DNA of 64,000 bases, taken from positions 512,001 through 576,000 of the forward strand of contig CAVYRH010000026.1 in the NCBI GenBank assembly GCA_963770835.1, read 5' to 3'. The notes beneath the pieces were generated by a model. It was not told the origin of the DNA. It did no database searches and saw nothing but the letters and a program-made list of their open reading frames with translations. Position numbers and translations under genes: made by a program. The DNA comes from an uncultured Pseudomonadota bacterium. GTDB lineage: Bacteria; Oederibacteriota; Muellerivitia; Muellerivitales; Muellerivitaceae. Of this stretch, positions 1-9,700 are shown one piece after another. Numbering within the stretch: position 1 is the stretch's first letter; each line of letters begins with the position of its first letter.

Positions 1-28
1 CGCAAACGATGTCGGCTTCCATGGTCAT
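1..28 (-). CDS. 5' fragment of a probable FAD-dependent oxidoreductase (ETF:quinone oxidoreductase/FixC-like), truncated by the window edge
   Basis: Minus strand reads (VER)MTMEADIVC, resembling the start of a Rossmann-fold DIVCVG motif, directly downstream of an acyl-CoA dehydrogenase. Only about 9 codons visible; start uncertain. Confidence 0.35.
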
Positions 29-137
29 GCGTTCGACCGCCGGGTGGTGGTGATGCGGGTGAGTGGTGCTCGTGGAGGCTCAAGGGACCGATCAGTATCC
101 GCATCACGTTGCGGGTAGTCCAACGCCTCGGGGATCA

Positions 138-2348
138 TCACCGGGTCAAGGCCTGCGCGGCGCGGTCCTTGGCCAGGCGGCAGCCGGTCATGCAACCGTC
201 CAGCTTGGAGCGAAGGCTGATAAAGGGTTCCAGGCCTCCCATGAGGGCGCAGGGCCCGCGTTTTAAAGGATGGCTTCCGTCGTCATCCACGACGTCCGAG
301 TAACCGTAAGCCACGCTCTCAATGCCCGGTACGTAGTTTTCCAGGCCCTCCAGTTCCGATTCGTTGAAACAGGCCTGGCAGCCCTCCGCGTCCCAGCGGG
401 GGTGCCGGTTGTAACCGAAAGCCAGCTCCGCGCAGATACGGGAAACTTCGCCCCCCGCGCGGGCCGCCTGCACTTGGCAGAGGTCGGTCAGGAAGGCCAG
501 GGTTCCCGGCAGGGTCTCGGCCAGGGCGGGGTTGGAGGCGCCCTTTTGTTCCAATTCCAAGAGGTCAAGGATCTGTTGGCGGGAAGCCAAGAGCCAGCAC
601 AGGGCGTCGGCCATGGGGAAGGACACCCCCTGGCGGTTGGGACTGAAAAGCTTGTGACCGTCCGCGTCGGTGGATTCCTTCAAATGGCCGAGGGTCCACA
701 GCCACATCTGCATGGCGGTGCCCAGGCCGCAGGCGCCGGTCTCGGGGTGGTCGGCGGCGATGGCCTTCAGGTCCATGATCCAATGCCTGAATTGCTCCAG
801 GAAAAGCGGATGGGCCATGGTGATGGAAAGCTGGCGGCGCTGTACGGCCTCCGGCCCCTCGTAGGTGGCTTCCAATTGGGCGTCCATCCACTTGTGGCCC
901 AGGAAACCCGGGCAGTCCTCGGTGATGCCGTAGCCGCCCATAAGGCTGACCGCCTCCCGGAGGGCGTTGGCGCCCTGCCCGGTGTTCCAAAGCTTGGTGG
1001 CGGGGCAAAGCACGTTGGCGACCGGTTCCATAACCGCGAACTGGACCAGGGGATCTTTTTTCAGGGCCTCAAACTGCGACGCGTTGCGGCGTCCCTGCGG
1101 CATGCGGGTCATCTGGAGGTATTCCAGGGCCTGGTCTTCCACCTTGGCCATTTCCTTCATGCGGGCCCGGGCGCCCTTGATGCCCTTTTCATCCAAGATC
1201 CGGTTCTTCTCCTTTTCCAGGGGGTCCAGTTCGTCGTAAAGGCGGGTGGTGGCGAACCCTAAGGAAGCCCCGGCCTCGCCCATGCCCCAGACGTCCACCA
1301 AGCGGTGAAGGGCGTCTTCCTTGGTTTGGATGCCCAGGTCGTAGCGCGGGGTGCCCGGCGTGGCGGAAGCGCCGCCCCGGAACCTTTGGCGGTGGTAGCG
1401 GATGACGGGCTCAATGGCTGAAAGAAGTTTGGCCGCGGTGATGAGCCCCACGGTCACGCGGGTGCGCTTGAAGACCGACTCGATGATCTCGCTATGGGTG
1501 TAGTTGGGGACGATGACGCCGTCCTTCACGGTGTAGCCGCCTACGATGCGCGAGGCGGGGACCTTCATGTTGAAATTGGGGTCACGGGTGGAGGAAAGCT
1601 GGTGCACCAGCTTCTTGGTGGCCGTGCCCCGGTCGAACACGCCTGGGTCGCCCTCCTCCAGGATGACCATGCAGGAGGATTTGATGCGCTTGTCGTCGGT
1701 ATCCACGGCCGCGGTGACGAAGGTGGCGTAATCCATGTTGGTGATGAAGCGGCCCCGCTTGTCGATTTCCAGCATCGGTTCCTTGCCGTCCTTCCATTCG
1801 GCCACGCGTGCCTTGCCGCACAAAAGGCCGGTCTCCACGCCCACGTAGGGCAGGGGTTCGGTGAGGGCAAAGGCGGCCCGCATGGTCTTGCGGTTCTCGC
1901 CCGGTTTGGCCGGCGCGGCCATCTTCATATACTTGGCCACTTGCTCGGGGGTGCCGCACTCATGGATGGGGGCCAGCCCCAGGTTTCCGGCCAGGGAAGC
2001 GGTAGCGGCCCCGCCGTCCACCCAGGCCAGTTCGAAGGCCACCAGGGACATGATCAGGTTCTTGGGCCCCTCGAAAAGGCCGCCGTATTCCGGGGGAAGG
2101 AAAGCGCCCGTGATGCCGGAATCGTCATACACTCTCAGGAGGGAATTCTTCTCCTCGGTCCACTCGTGGCTGTTGCGGGCCCCCTGGGCCACCAACCGGG
2201 CCACGGGCCCCCGGGCCACGGACCGAGCGGATTGGACCAGCATCTGGTAGTCGAAACGGTCCTGGTAACGCCAAAGGATCTGCCGGATTTCGTCCCCCGG
2301 GAGGGTCTGCAGCACGGGCGTCTGGGTGTCTGTGGAAGTCTGGGACAT
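138..2348 (-). CDS. Acyl-CoA dehydrogenase family protein (long type); C-terminus apparently frameshifted
   Basis: Motifs AAFALTEP, KRGRFITN, EAVSLMGGYG, LEATYEGPEAVQ. AAGGAG RBS favours ATG at 2348 over 2354. Confidence 0.92.
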   Translation of the reverse strand: MSQTSTDTQTPVLQTLPGDEIRQILWRYQDRFDYQMLVQSARSVARGPVARLVAQGARNSHEWTEEKNSLLRVYDDSGITGAFLPPEYGGLFEGPKNLIMSLVAFELAWVDGGAATASLAGNLGLAPIHECGTPEQVAKYMKMAAPAKPGENRKTMRAAFALTEPLPYVGVETGLLCGKARVAEWKDGKEPMLEIDKRGRFITNMDYATFVTAAVDTDDKRIKSSCMVILEEGDPGVFDRGTATKKLVHQLSSTRDPNFNMKVPASRIVGGYTVKDGVIVPNYTHSEIIESVFKRTRVTVGLITAAKLLSAIEPVIRYHRQRFRGGASATPGTPRYDLGIQTKEDALHRLVDVWGMGEAGASLGFATTRLYDELDPLEKEKNRILDEKGIKGARARMKEMAKVEDQALEYLQMTRMPQGRRNASQFEALKKDPLVQFAVMEPVANVLCPATKLWNTGQGANALREAVSLMGGYGITEDCPGFLGHKWMDAQLEATYEGPEAVQRRQLSITMAHPLFLEQFRHWIMDLKAIAADHPETGACGLGTAMQMWLWTLGHLKESTDADGHKLFSPNRQGVSFPMADALCWLLASRQQILDLLELEQKGASNPALAETLPGTLAFLTDLCQVQAARAGGEVSRICAELAFGYNRHPRWDAEGCQACFNESELEGLENYVPGIESVAYGYSDVVDDDGSHPLKRGPCALMGGLEPFISLRSKLDGCMTGCRLAKDRAAQALTR

Positions 2349-2531
2349 ATACATCTCCTTGTCGAATTTGGGGAGTAGGGGCTTGGCGAACTGCCCAAAT
2401 GATAACGGTGGGAGGAGGGGCCTTATATGACCGGAGTCATCCTAAATAGGATGCTTCGAGAAGGTTTTTGCGACAAAAACAAAGCAGGCTAGAACTTGAT
2501 TTACTTGGATTGGAGAGAAAGAAACGGTTTG

Positions 2532-3668
2532 TTAGGGAGTATGTTTTCGAACCAAGACAGCAAGGCGGGAGAGGCCTTCCTCCATGTCCGATTCCGAGGC
2601 ATGGCTGAAGTTCAGCCGCAGGAACCCGTGGGGCGCGGGCTGCTCCACGAAAAAGGCCTCGCCCGGCATAAACGCCACCTTTTTGCGGAGGGCCTTCTGG
2701 AATAGGACCCGGGTGTCCAGTGGCTTGTTCAGGGCCAGCCAAAAGAAAAGCCCGCCCTGGGGGATGGACCAGGACGCCAGGCCCGAGAAGCGGCTTTTCA
2801 GCACCCGGGCAAAGCGGTCCCTTTTGCCGCGGTAATGAAAGACCAACCGGCCCATGCGGGCCTCGAGCCCACGGGAATTCAGGTGTTGAAGGACCAGCCA
2901 TTGGCTGAGGCGGTTGGTGTGCAGGTCCGCCGCCTGCTTCAAACGGGCCAGATGGGGAAAGAGGCCCTTGGAGGCCGCCAAAAAACCGATCCGAAGGCCC
3001 GGCGCAAGGGTTTTAGAAAAGGAGCCTTGGTAAATCCATTCGGTTTTTTTCAGAAAGGCGCAAACCGGCGTCCGATCGCAGGGGCCGTAGGCCAGGTCCC
3101 GGTAGGGATCGTCCTCCAAGACCGGAATCCGCCGCCGGTCGCATTCTTTGGCGACCGTCTGGCGCTCCTCGGTGGAAAGGCAGCGGCCGGTCGGGTTTTG
3201 GAAAGTGGGGTTCAGGTAAAGAAGGACCGGTAAAGGACGTTCCCAAGTGGGACGTGAAGGATCGAGGATATTGAAGCTGGCGCCGAAAAACCGGAACACC
3301 TGCAGGGCGGCCAGGTAAGCGGGGGATTCCAAGGCCACCGGGCTGCCCTTGTCCACGAAAAGCTTGGCCGCCAGGTCGATGCCCTGTTGGGAACCTGAAA
3401 GGATGAGGATTTGATCCGGCCCGGTATGGATTCCCAACCCCTGAAGTTTTTTGGCCAAAAGGTCCCGCAATTCCGGTTCGCCCTCGGTGGGGCCATATTG
3501 GAGGTATCGGGCGGGAACGGATTCGGCCCGCAATGAAGGAAAGAGTTCCGCATCTGGAAGCCCACCGGCGAAAGAAATCACACCCCGGGAGACCGACCGC
3601 AGGACCTCGCGGATGGGAGAACCCTGGAGGTTTTCGACCCTTTTTGAAAAAACGGGGGTTTTCAGCAT
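2532..3668 (-). CDS. PLP-dependent aminotransferase class I/II (LysN/ARO8-like)
   Basis: ISFAGGLP, YGPTEG, PTFQNPTG, EDDPY, GSFSKTLAPGLRIG (PLP lysine), LRLNFS. Confidence 0.93.
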   Translation of the reverse strand: MLKTPVFSKRVENLQGSPIREVLRSVSRGVISFAGGLPDAELFPSLRAESVPARYLQYGPTEGEPELRDLLAKKLQGLGIHTGPDQILILSGSQQGIDLAAKLFVDKGSPVALESPAYLAALQVFRFFGASFNILDPSRPTWERPLPVLLYLNPTFQNPTGRCLSTEERQTVAKECDRRRIPVLEDDPYRDLAYGPCDRTPVCAFLKKTEWIYQGSFSKTLAPGLRIGFLAASKGLFPHLARLKQAADLHTNRLSQWLVLQHLNSRGLEARMGRLVFHYRGKRDRFARVLKSRFSGLASWSIPQGGLFFWLALNKPLDTRVLFQKALRKKVAFMPGEAFFVEQPAPHGFLRLNFSHASESDMEEGLSRLAVLVRKHTP

Positions 3669-3687
3669 GACCGGCCTCGTCCCGATA

Positions 3688-3753
3688 ATAAGTCAAGAGT
3701 ATTGACTTATTGAAAGCTTAGCCCGGCAGCGATAACATGTCAATATGATTGAC
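3688..3753. promoter_or_regulatory. Two GTCAA-N5-TTGAC palindromes (probable MarR operators) overlapping a sigma70-like promoter
   Basis: ATAAGTCAA-gagta-TTGACTTAT at 3688-3710 (perfect 9-bp arms) and GTCAA-tatga-TTGAC at 3739-3753 over the marR ATG. TTGAAA(3710)-17 nt-TAACAT(3733). Confidence 0.7.
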
Positions 3754-4203
3754 CTAAAAAGGCAAGCCGAACTCAAACGGGCAATGGAACTCTTCTTTTT
3801 CGCCTACCGGGCCTTCACGGCCCGGCCCGACCGCATCCTCGAGAAGCGGGGCCTGGGCCGGGTCCACCACCGGATCCTCCATTTCGTGGGGCGCAATCCC
3901 GGCATTTCGGTGAACGACCTACTGAAGATCCTGGGGGTGAGCAAGCAGGCCTTGAATGCCCCCTTGCGCCAATTGGTGGGAATGAAGCTCATCTCCGCCG
4001 GTGCGGCAGACCATGACCGGCGCTATAAGAAGCTTTATTTGACGCCCGAATGCAAGGCGCTGGAAGGCCAGCTCAGCGGAACCCAGATGGAACTTATGGA
4101 GAAGGTGTTTTCCCGAATGGGTCCGGCCAAGGAAAAGGCCTGGCGGGAGATCATGGAGGAAATCGCGGAACTGAAAAAAGAAAGCGAAGGGAAAAAGGGC
4201 TGA
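3745..4203 (+). CDS. MarR family transcriptional regulator
   Basis: 152 aa winged HTH: HHRILHFVGRNPGISVNDLL, VSKQALNAPLRQL, DRRYKKLYLT. Divergent from the aminotransferase. Confidence 0.92.
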   Translation: MIDLKRQAELKRAMELFFFAYRAFTARPDRILEKRGLGRVHHRILHFVGRNPGISVNDLLKILGVSKQALNAPLRQLVGMKLISAGAADHDRRYKKLYLTPECKALEGQLSGTQMELMEKVFSRMGPAKEKAWREIMEEIAELKKESEGKKG

Positions 4204-4254
4204 TCGGGGTGGTGAAAATAGGACTGGTGACACATAGGGGAAATAACCTGGCCC

Positions 4255-4476
4255 GAATTCTTCCACAAATAAAAAAACCCAGGCTCCCTGACGGGGGGCT
4301 GGGTTTAATTGGCTTGGGCGGTGAATGACGAACCGCTTTGCTCACAAGGGAAAACACCCTTGTGTATCCTTTTTAACGACCATAGGGGTGTACCCCTATG
4401 GTACCCCAGGTTCGAATCCCTTCATCCCAAAAATAAAAACCCTAGCCCCTCAAATACGAGGAGCTAGGGTTTTTAT
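4255..4476. repeat. tRNA-linked structured repeat downstream of tRNA-Gln
   Basis: 4310-4334 matches the tRNA 3' end (4476-4500) at 18/25 nt, and each is preceded by an A-tract hairpin. Inverted T-loop copy GGTTCGAATCC at 4409-4419. Hairpins at 4343-4364, 4379-4402 and 4433-4476. Confidence 0.6.
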
Positions 4477-4550
4477 GGCTGGGGCGGTAGGATTCGAACC
4501 TACGAATGCCAGATCCAAAATCTGGTGACTTACCACTTGTCGACGCCCCA
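4476..4550 (-). tRNA. tRNA-Gln (anticodon TTG)
   Basis: Reverse complement TGGGGCGTCGACAAGTGGTAAGTCACCAGATTTTGGATCTGGCATTCGTAGGTTCGAATCCTACCGCCCCAGCCA folds as a cloverleaf with TTG anticodon, GGTTCGAATCC T-arm and encoded CCA. Confidence 0.97.
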
Positions 4551-4671
4551 ATCACCGCAAAAACTCTTAAGGCGGGGTGTTAATTTAATTGCCTGAAAAG
4601 CCTTAATCAAGCACCAAATGAAGGCTTAATCCACCGTTGAGACGCAGAAAAGGTCGTGTTAACCTGGATTC

Positions 4672-4878
4672 ATGGATGAAAATCCGCTTCAACCCGAACC
4701 AGCCATAACACCCCTACCTTCCCTTCTTGAAATCGGCCAAATGACAAAACCAAGTTCCTATAACAACGAAACTGAACAGCTTTTTTATACCTGCCCCCAG
4801 TGCGGCCAAGGCATGGTGACGAAAAAGTGCAAGATCGTCTGCTATCACTGCCATTATTTTATTGGATGTGTGGAGTAA
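4672..4878 (+). CDS. Small Cys-rich putative zinc-binding protein
   Basis: C-terminal CPQCG-x6-C-x3-CYHC-x5-C pattern; 68 aa; fills the intergenic gap. Confidence 0.55.
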   Translation: MDENPLQPEPAITPLPSLLEIGQMTKPSSYNNETEQLFYTCPQCGQGMVTKKCKIVCYHCHYFIGCVE

Positions 4879-4962
4879 CGTTACCCGATCCCCCTTCGTT
4901 AAGGTTGAATCGGGTCGATTCCTAAAACCCAGTTCTCCGAAAAGGAGGTTGGGTTTTATTGT

Positions 4963-6786
4963 TTACTTCGAAACAAGCTTGCTTGCCAGGCAGCATCCCG
5001 GCGCGTCCAGCTTGGTGAACCTTAAGCCCGCGTAATAAAGCCGGATTCGGCCGTCCTCGCGGGTGGCGTGGACCGTGTCGCCGTCGGGGTAGAAAAGGCC
5101 TGCGATCACCGCGTCGTTATCTGAAACGGCTTCCAGGGTGATCAAGTATTCCGTGTCGGTCACGTTGAAGACCTTGCTGGTGATTTTGGCATTGACCGTC
5201 AGGAGCCCGTTGCGATCCTCCAGCTTCATGTCCTTGAACTGGGTTTCCCCGTCCGGGTCATCCAGCTCGTACCGGCCAAGGCATTCCTGCCAGCCCGGGG
5301 GGATCATCACGGGCCGTATCTTCTCGAAAACCACCGGATCGCCCAAGCCGCTCAAGATAGCCACGTCCCGGCCCTCCACCGTTGTAAACTCCACCCCGTA
5401 TTGGGGGATATGAATGGGGAAGAAGAGGATCATGATCCTCGGGATGAACTTGTTTTCGGCGGTGGGGACCAGGTCGAACTGGTGGTTCATCAGGTCCGCC
5501 CTCAGGTGTTCGCCACCCTTCGAGATCTCGGCGGCCTTGCCGATCCCCGAGTAGAAGCCGATGAATTTGTTGATCTCCTCCTCCGGCACTTTGACCAGGG
5601 GCGGCATGACCACCTTGGGTTTGGCCAGGTTGGCCGGGATGCCGTATTTTGCCTCCCGCATCCGTTTCAGCGCCCGAAGGGCGATTTCCCCGCCCAGTAC
5701 GCGCGCTTCAGCGGTGTTTGAAAGCACCACCACCCCCAGCTTCTCCTTGGTCAAGAGGGCGACCCGGCAGAAATAAGGAACGTAATCCCCGTCATGTCAG
5801 GCTAGGTCTTGGGAACCGTCGAAGTCCAAGCCGTTCAACATCCAGCCCAGCCCGATATGGTGGCCGAAATCCAGCGGAAGTCCGGGGAATTGTTCCTGGT
5901 ACATTGAGCCCAGGATTTGGGGAGGGACGAGGGCGGGTTTCCCCGTGAAAAGGAAGCGGATGAAGCGGGCCATGTCGTCGGCGGAGGAAACCATGCCCCC
6001 CGACGGGATGTCCCGCAGGTAAAGGGGCGGCGTTTCGTTGCCGTTTTGGTAACCCTTGGCCATCCTCTCCCGGACCATCGGGTTCAGGTCAAAAGTAGAG
6101 GAATCCATTCCCAGGGGCATCAACAAACCGTCCCGCATGGCCTGGGCGAAGGGTCGGCGGGTCTGGATCTCGATCAACCGGCCCAAAAGGCTGTAGTCCA
6201 GGTCGGAATATTTATAAAAGCTTTGGGGCGGTGTCGCCAAGTAGTCCTGTTTCAGGTCCTCAATCAACTGGGCCAGGGATTCGGGGTTTTCAACCCACAT
6301 GCCTTGCTGGTAGGCGGCCGGCATGCCCGAATGGTGGGCCAGGAGAGAACGAAGGGTGATAGGTTTGGAATGATGGAACCGGCTATGGATGAAAAAGTCA
6401 GGCAGAGCCTGGGAAAGGGGTTCGTCCAAACCGAGGCCCCCTTGGCCCAAAAGCCGCATTACCTCCACCGCCGTCACCACCTTTGAGACCGAGTCGACCC
6501 GATAAAGGGTGTCCGAGGTGGCGGGGGTCCGGTTTTTCTCGTCTGCGACGCCGAAACCCGTCTGCCAGACCACCTGGTCGCCATCCACCAGGGCGATGCT
6601 CAAGCCCTTCACGTGGTCGTGGTCCATTCTCTGACAGATAAAAGAGGTCAAATCGTCCTTAGTGGAGGTGTAGTCCACCTCCCCGGCGAAAATCGGAATA
6701 GGCAAAAAAACCCCAAAGAGAAAATATCCAAAAATAAATTTTAACCGCCAAGGCGGCAAGGCACCAAGTAAGGCAAACCGCACCAA
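4963..6786 (-). pseudogene. Secreted serine hydrolase (beta-lactamase class C/PBP-like) interrupted by an in-frame TGA at 5797-5799
   Basis: SVSK (SxxK), LLAHHSG, YKYSDLDYSLLG, SGGMVSSADDMARF. The frame continues through TGA as QDLA*HDGDYVPYF...KLGVVVLSN into ORF 4963-5754. Start uncertain (TTG 6786 or GTG 6783). Confidence 0.75.
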
Positions 6787-6903
6787 CCCTGATGGTCCAA
6801 AGTAAAAGGGAGTCTTCGGCCTTCGTAAAGCCGAATAATTTCTTTGGCTTTCTCGGCCACTACCCTTCAGGTGCAACCCCAAAGGGTTTGGCGTCTTGGC
6901 GGT
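6743..6903. repeat. Short-period (8-nt, CGCCAAGA-like) inverted-repeat element
   Basis: Left arm AACCGCCAAGGCGGCAAGGCACCAAG (6743-6768), right arm TTTGGCGTCTTGGCGGT (6887-6903). Confidence 0.6.
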
Positions 6904-6926
6904 GAAACTGTTTTTGACGGCGAAGC

Positions 6927-8525
6927 TCACGCAGGCACTGCGATTCGGAGCCTCGGGTCGCCTTCCCTTTCCAGTTTCTCTATGTCCACCTTGAGGCGGT
7001 CCAGGATGACATCCCGGAATTTCTGGAAGTGCAGGTAAAGGGCCATCAGGGAAAGCGCATCCCGGAAGGCCCCGGGGTTCTTCCATAGGGTGATCGCCAG
7101 TGTTTTCCAATAGTGGTAGCCCGTGGAAAGTTTGGCCATCATTTGGGCGGAAAGGAAGAAAAGGGCCCGCAGGTCATTGAAGATGTTCAAAGGGTTAAAA
7201 TGCTGGCGTCTTTTCCTGGCGTTGAGCATCAGGCAGCTGCGCTGTACCCGGCCGAAGTAGTTCTTAGGCGTGAGGACTTCCTTCACGACCCGCCCGTAAT
7301 CCTTGAGGATGTCCAGCCGGGGCCGGGTCGTTATAAAGTTGAGCCCGCTGATGCATTGGTCGCCCGTGGAGTCCATGGGGGTCTCGAAACCCTCATCCAG
7401 GCGGCCCTCTTTCTTCAGGCGCCGCGTGAGCTGGGTATTGGGCACGGCCATCATCAGTCCCACCATGTTGACCGCGATGTTGGTGGCCTCGATGTTGTCC
7501 AAGATCCTTTGGGCCACGTCGCCCTGCTCCCCGTCGAAGCCCACGATATAGCCCGCCATCACGATCATGCCGTGCTGGTTGACCCTGTGGATGCTCTCAG
7601 CGATGGAGCGGTGGGTGTTCTGGCGCTTCTGGGTCATGATCAGGGTGGCCACGTCGGGCGTTTCAATGCCGGTGAAAAGCCAGGTGAAGCCCGCCTCCTC
7701 CATGAGGTCCATCAGTTCGTCGTCGTCGGCAAGGTTTAGGGAGGCCTCGGTGCTGAAGTCGAATGGCCAGTTGTGGGCTTTCTGCCACTCAATCATGGCC
7801 GGAAGCAGGACCTTGACGGCCTTCTTGTTGCCGATGAAGTTGTCATCCACGATGCCCACCTGGCCCCGGTAGCCCAAGTCGTAGATGGCCTGGAGCTCGG
7901 TCTGCAATTGGGTGATGGTCTTGCCCCGGGGAACGCGGCCGAAGAGTTCGATGATGTCGCAGAACTCGCACATGAAGGGGCAGCCGCGGTTCCATTGGAT
8001 GCTCAGGTTGAGGTAATTGGAGAATTTTAAAAGGTCAAAACGGGGCGTGGGGGAAGTCTTCATATCGGCCTTCCGTTCGCCCGCCTCGTAGCGGTGGCGG
8101 GCCTGGCCCGCCTGGTAATCGGCCAGGAATTCTGGCAGGGTCACTTCCGCCTCGCCCAAAACTAGGTGGCTGGCCCGGTCATAGAGATGGGGGCTCGAGG
8201 TGGCGTCGGGGCCACCGATAATGACGGTTTTCCCCAGGCCGCGGAAATAATCGATGAGGCGCAGGTGTTCCTTTTGCTGGAAAATCTGGCCGCCGATGAA
8301 GATTAGGTCGGCCCATTCCACGCTTTTGGCGTTCATGTCCTCGACGTTCAAGTCATTCAAACGGACTTCCCAGGAGGGCGGCAGCATGGCCGCCACCGTG
8401 GTGAGGCCCAAAGGGGCCTCGGGGTACTTGGCGCCGACCAGCTCGCAGGCGTCGATGAAATTCCAGAAGGATTGGGAGGTGAAGCGGGGATAAACGAATA
8501 AACAATGGGGGGAAACAGGGTTCAT
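6927..8525 (-). CDS. B12-binding radical SAM protein (DUF4070-type C-terminus)
   Basis: N-terminal cobalamin-binding region (APLGLTTVAAML, IIGGPDAT, VLGEAE), RGCPFMCEFCDI (CxxxCxxC), VDDNFIG, GIETP. Likely start MNPVSPH at 8525. Confidence 0.9.
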   Translation of the reverse strand: MNPVSPHCLFVYPRFTSQSFWNFIDACELVGAKYPEAPLGLTTVAAMLPPSWEVRLNDLNVEDMNAKSVEWADLIFIGGQIFQQKEHLRLIDYFRGLGKTVIIGGPDATSSPHLYDRASHLVLGEAEVTLPEFLADYQAGQARHRYEAGERKADMKTSPTPRFDLLKFSNYLNLSIQWNRGCPFMCEFCDIIELFGRVPRGKTITQLQTELQAIYDLGYRGQVGIVDDNFIGNKKAVKVLLPAMIEWQKAHNWPFDFSTEASLNLADDDELMDLMEEAGFTWLFTGIETPDVATLIMTQKRQNTHRSIAESIHRVNQHGMIVMAGYIVGFDGEQGDVAQRILDNIEATNIAVNMVGLMMAVPNTQLTRRLKKEGRLDEGFETPMDSTGDQCISGLNFITTRPRLDILKDYGRVVKEVLTPKNYFGRVQRSCLMLNARKRRQHFNPLNIFNDLRALFFLSAQMMAKLSTGYHYWKTLAITLWKNPGAFRDALSLMALYLHFQKFRDVILDRLKVDIEKLEREGDPRLRIAVPA

Positions 8526-8930
8526 GCCGGATCCTTTTAAAAAGTTAAGAGGGCTGAGGGAACGCAAAGGATCCGGCACGAAACAACGGGCTTGATCAGG
8601 ACTCAACAACCGACTTTTAATTCATGTCACATTTCAAGCATAGGGAAATTCCAGGGCAGATGTAAGGGTAGTCCGGGATAAAAAAGGGGGGAAATGGGAC
8701 GTCCCTTTACCCAACACGCTCAAATTAGCGTAAAAGTGCAAAAAAGCGTGTCTTCCTGGAAAGAAAAGCCCTTTTGTGTAAAAAGATAAAATCAAAAAGG
8801 TTTTTCCTGGGATTTTCTGAGGGCTATCATTTTGAGAGGGGTGGATCCAGATCCAGTGATGAAAGATGGGCTTCGGGAACAACAACCCATTGAGAACCCA
8901 ATATCGTCCGGAATTTTGCTTTCGAAAAGC

Positions 8931-9269
8931 TTACTCGGGAAGCCCCGTTTTGTTTTCCACGATTGCGCAAAAGAGGTTGTAGAAGTATTCCCTTTGCCCC
9001 GGATTTTTCAGGTTCTTTTCGTAGAGACGGACCAAGTCGTTGATGACGTCGAGGTTTTTGTGGGCCAACTGGTGGGCGCGAAGCAGGCATTTTTCCGCGT
9101 CCCGGAGTGTGTATTTGGATTGGGGGGCGAGCTGGATGAGCGAAGCTTTCTGTTTCAAGAACCCAATGTTTTTGGGGCTTTTCACGAGCGCCGCATCCAC
9201 CAATCTCAAGGCTTCAAGGTAGTTTTCGGCAAGACAGAGATTTTCCAATCCCGGTAGTTCCTGATCCAT
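8931..9269 (-). CDS. Small TPR-like hypothetical protein
   Basis: Helical repeat pattern (ENYLEALRLVDAALVKSPKN; AEKCLLRAHQLAHKN). GAGGAG RBS before ATG 9269. Confidence 0.6.
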   Translation of the reverse strand: MDQELPGLENLCLAENYLEALRLVDAALVKSPKNIGFLKQKASLIQLAPQSKYTLRDAEKCLLRAHQLAHKNLDVINDLVRLYEKNLKNPGQREYFYNLFCAIVENKTGLPE

Positions 9270-9700
9270 GTGACTTCTCCTCACTTCATCGATCGGTACT
9301 TGAAATAGGGAAGGCGAAAATCGATTTTTTTAAAAAATATGTCCAACCGGGGGTATTATTATTCGATTTCGCGATAAACGTCAAATTAACATCGGTAAAG
9401 ATGTGGTAAAGGGGAAGGGTTTATCTTAAAGAAGCCCGAAATCCGTCTCAAAAAGAAGGCGGAGTGTTAGAACCAGACAGGTTTTAGACTCTTCTATGGC
9501 TTGAAAAGTTCTTCACGACTTTTATTTCGAAACGACCCTGTTCCCAGCAGCACCCCTTTGGGTCCTGCCGGGTGAACCGGGGCCTGCAGGCTAAGCCCAA
9601 TTTGACCGCCCTTGCGGATGAAACTAGCGTTCCCGAAGAATTTCGAAAGGAGTATTATTTGGGGCGGGTTGGACCAAGATCCGTTTATGAAAGGCACTCC

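Noticed and set aside
4400..4430. Second tRNA suggested by GGTTCGAATCC on the + strand
   Set aside because: No acceptor stem, D-arm or CCA around it; treated as part of the tRNA-linked repeat.
4310..4500. attL/attR of an integrated prophage or genomic island
   Set aside because: The duplicate is only 18/25 identical and 166 nt away, with no integrase or cargo between.
5797..5799. TGA reassignment (code 4/25) or selenocysteine
   Set aside because: Many genes here end properly at TGA, including ATGA-coupled pairs (27818, 50574, 53292, 57164). Trp is encoded by TGG throughout, and the position suits Trp rather than Cys.
6927..8525. Assignment as hopanoid methylase HpnP
   Set aside because: Same broad architecture, but the N-terminal motifs fit the general DUF4070 clade and there are no hopanoid genes in the window.
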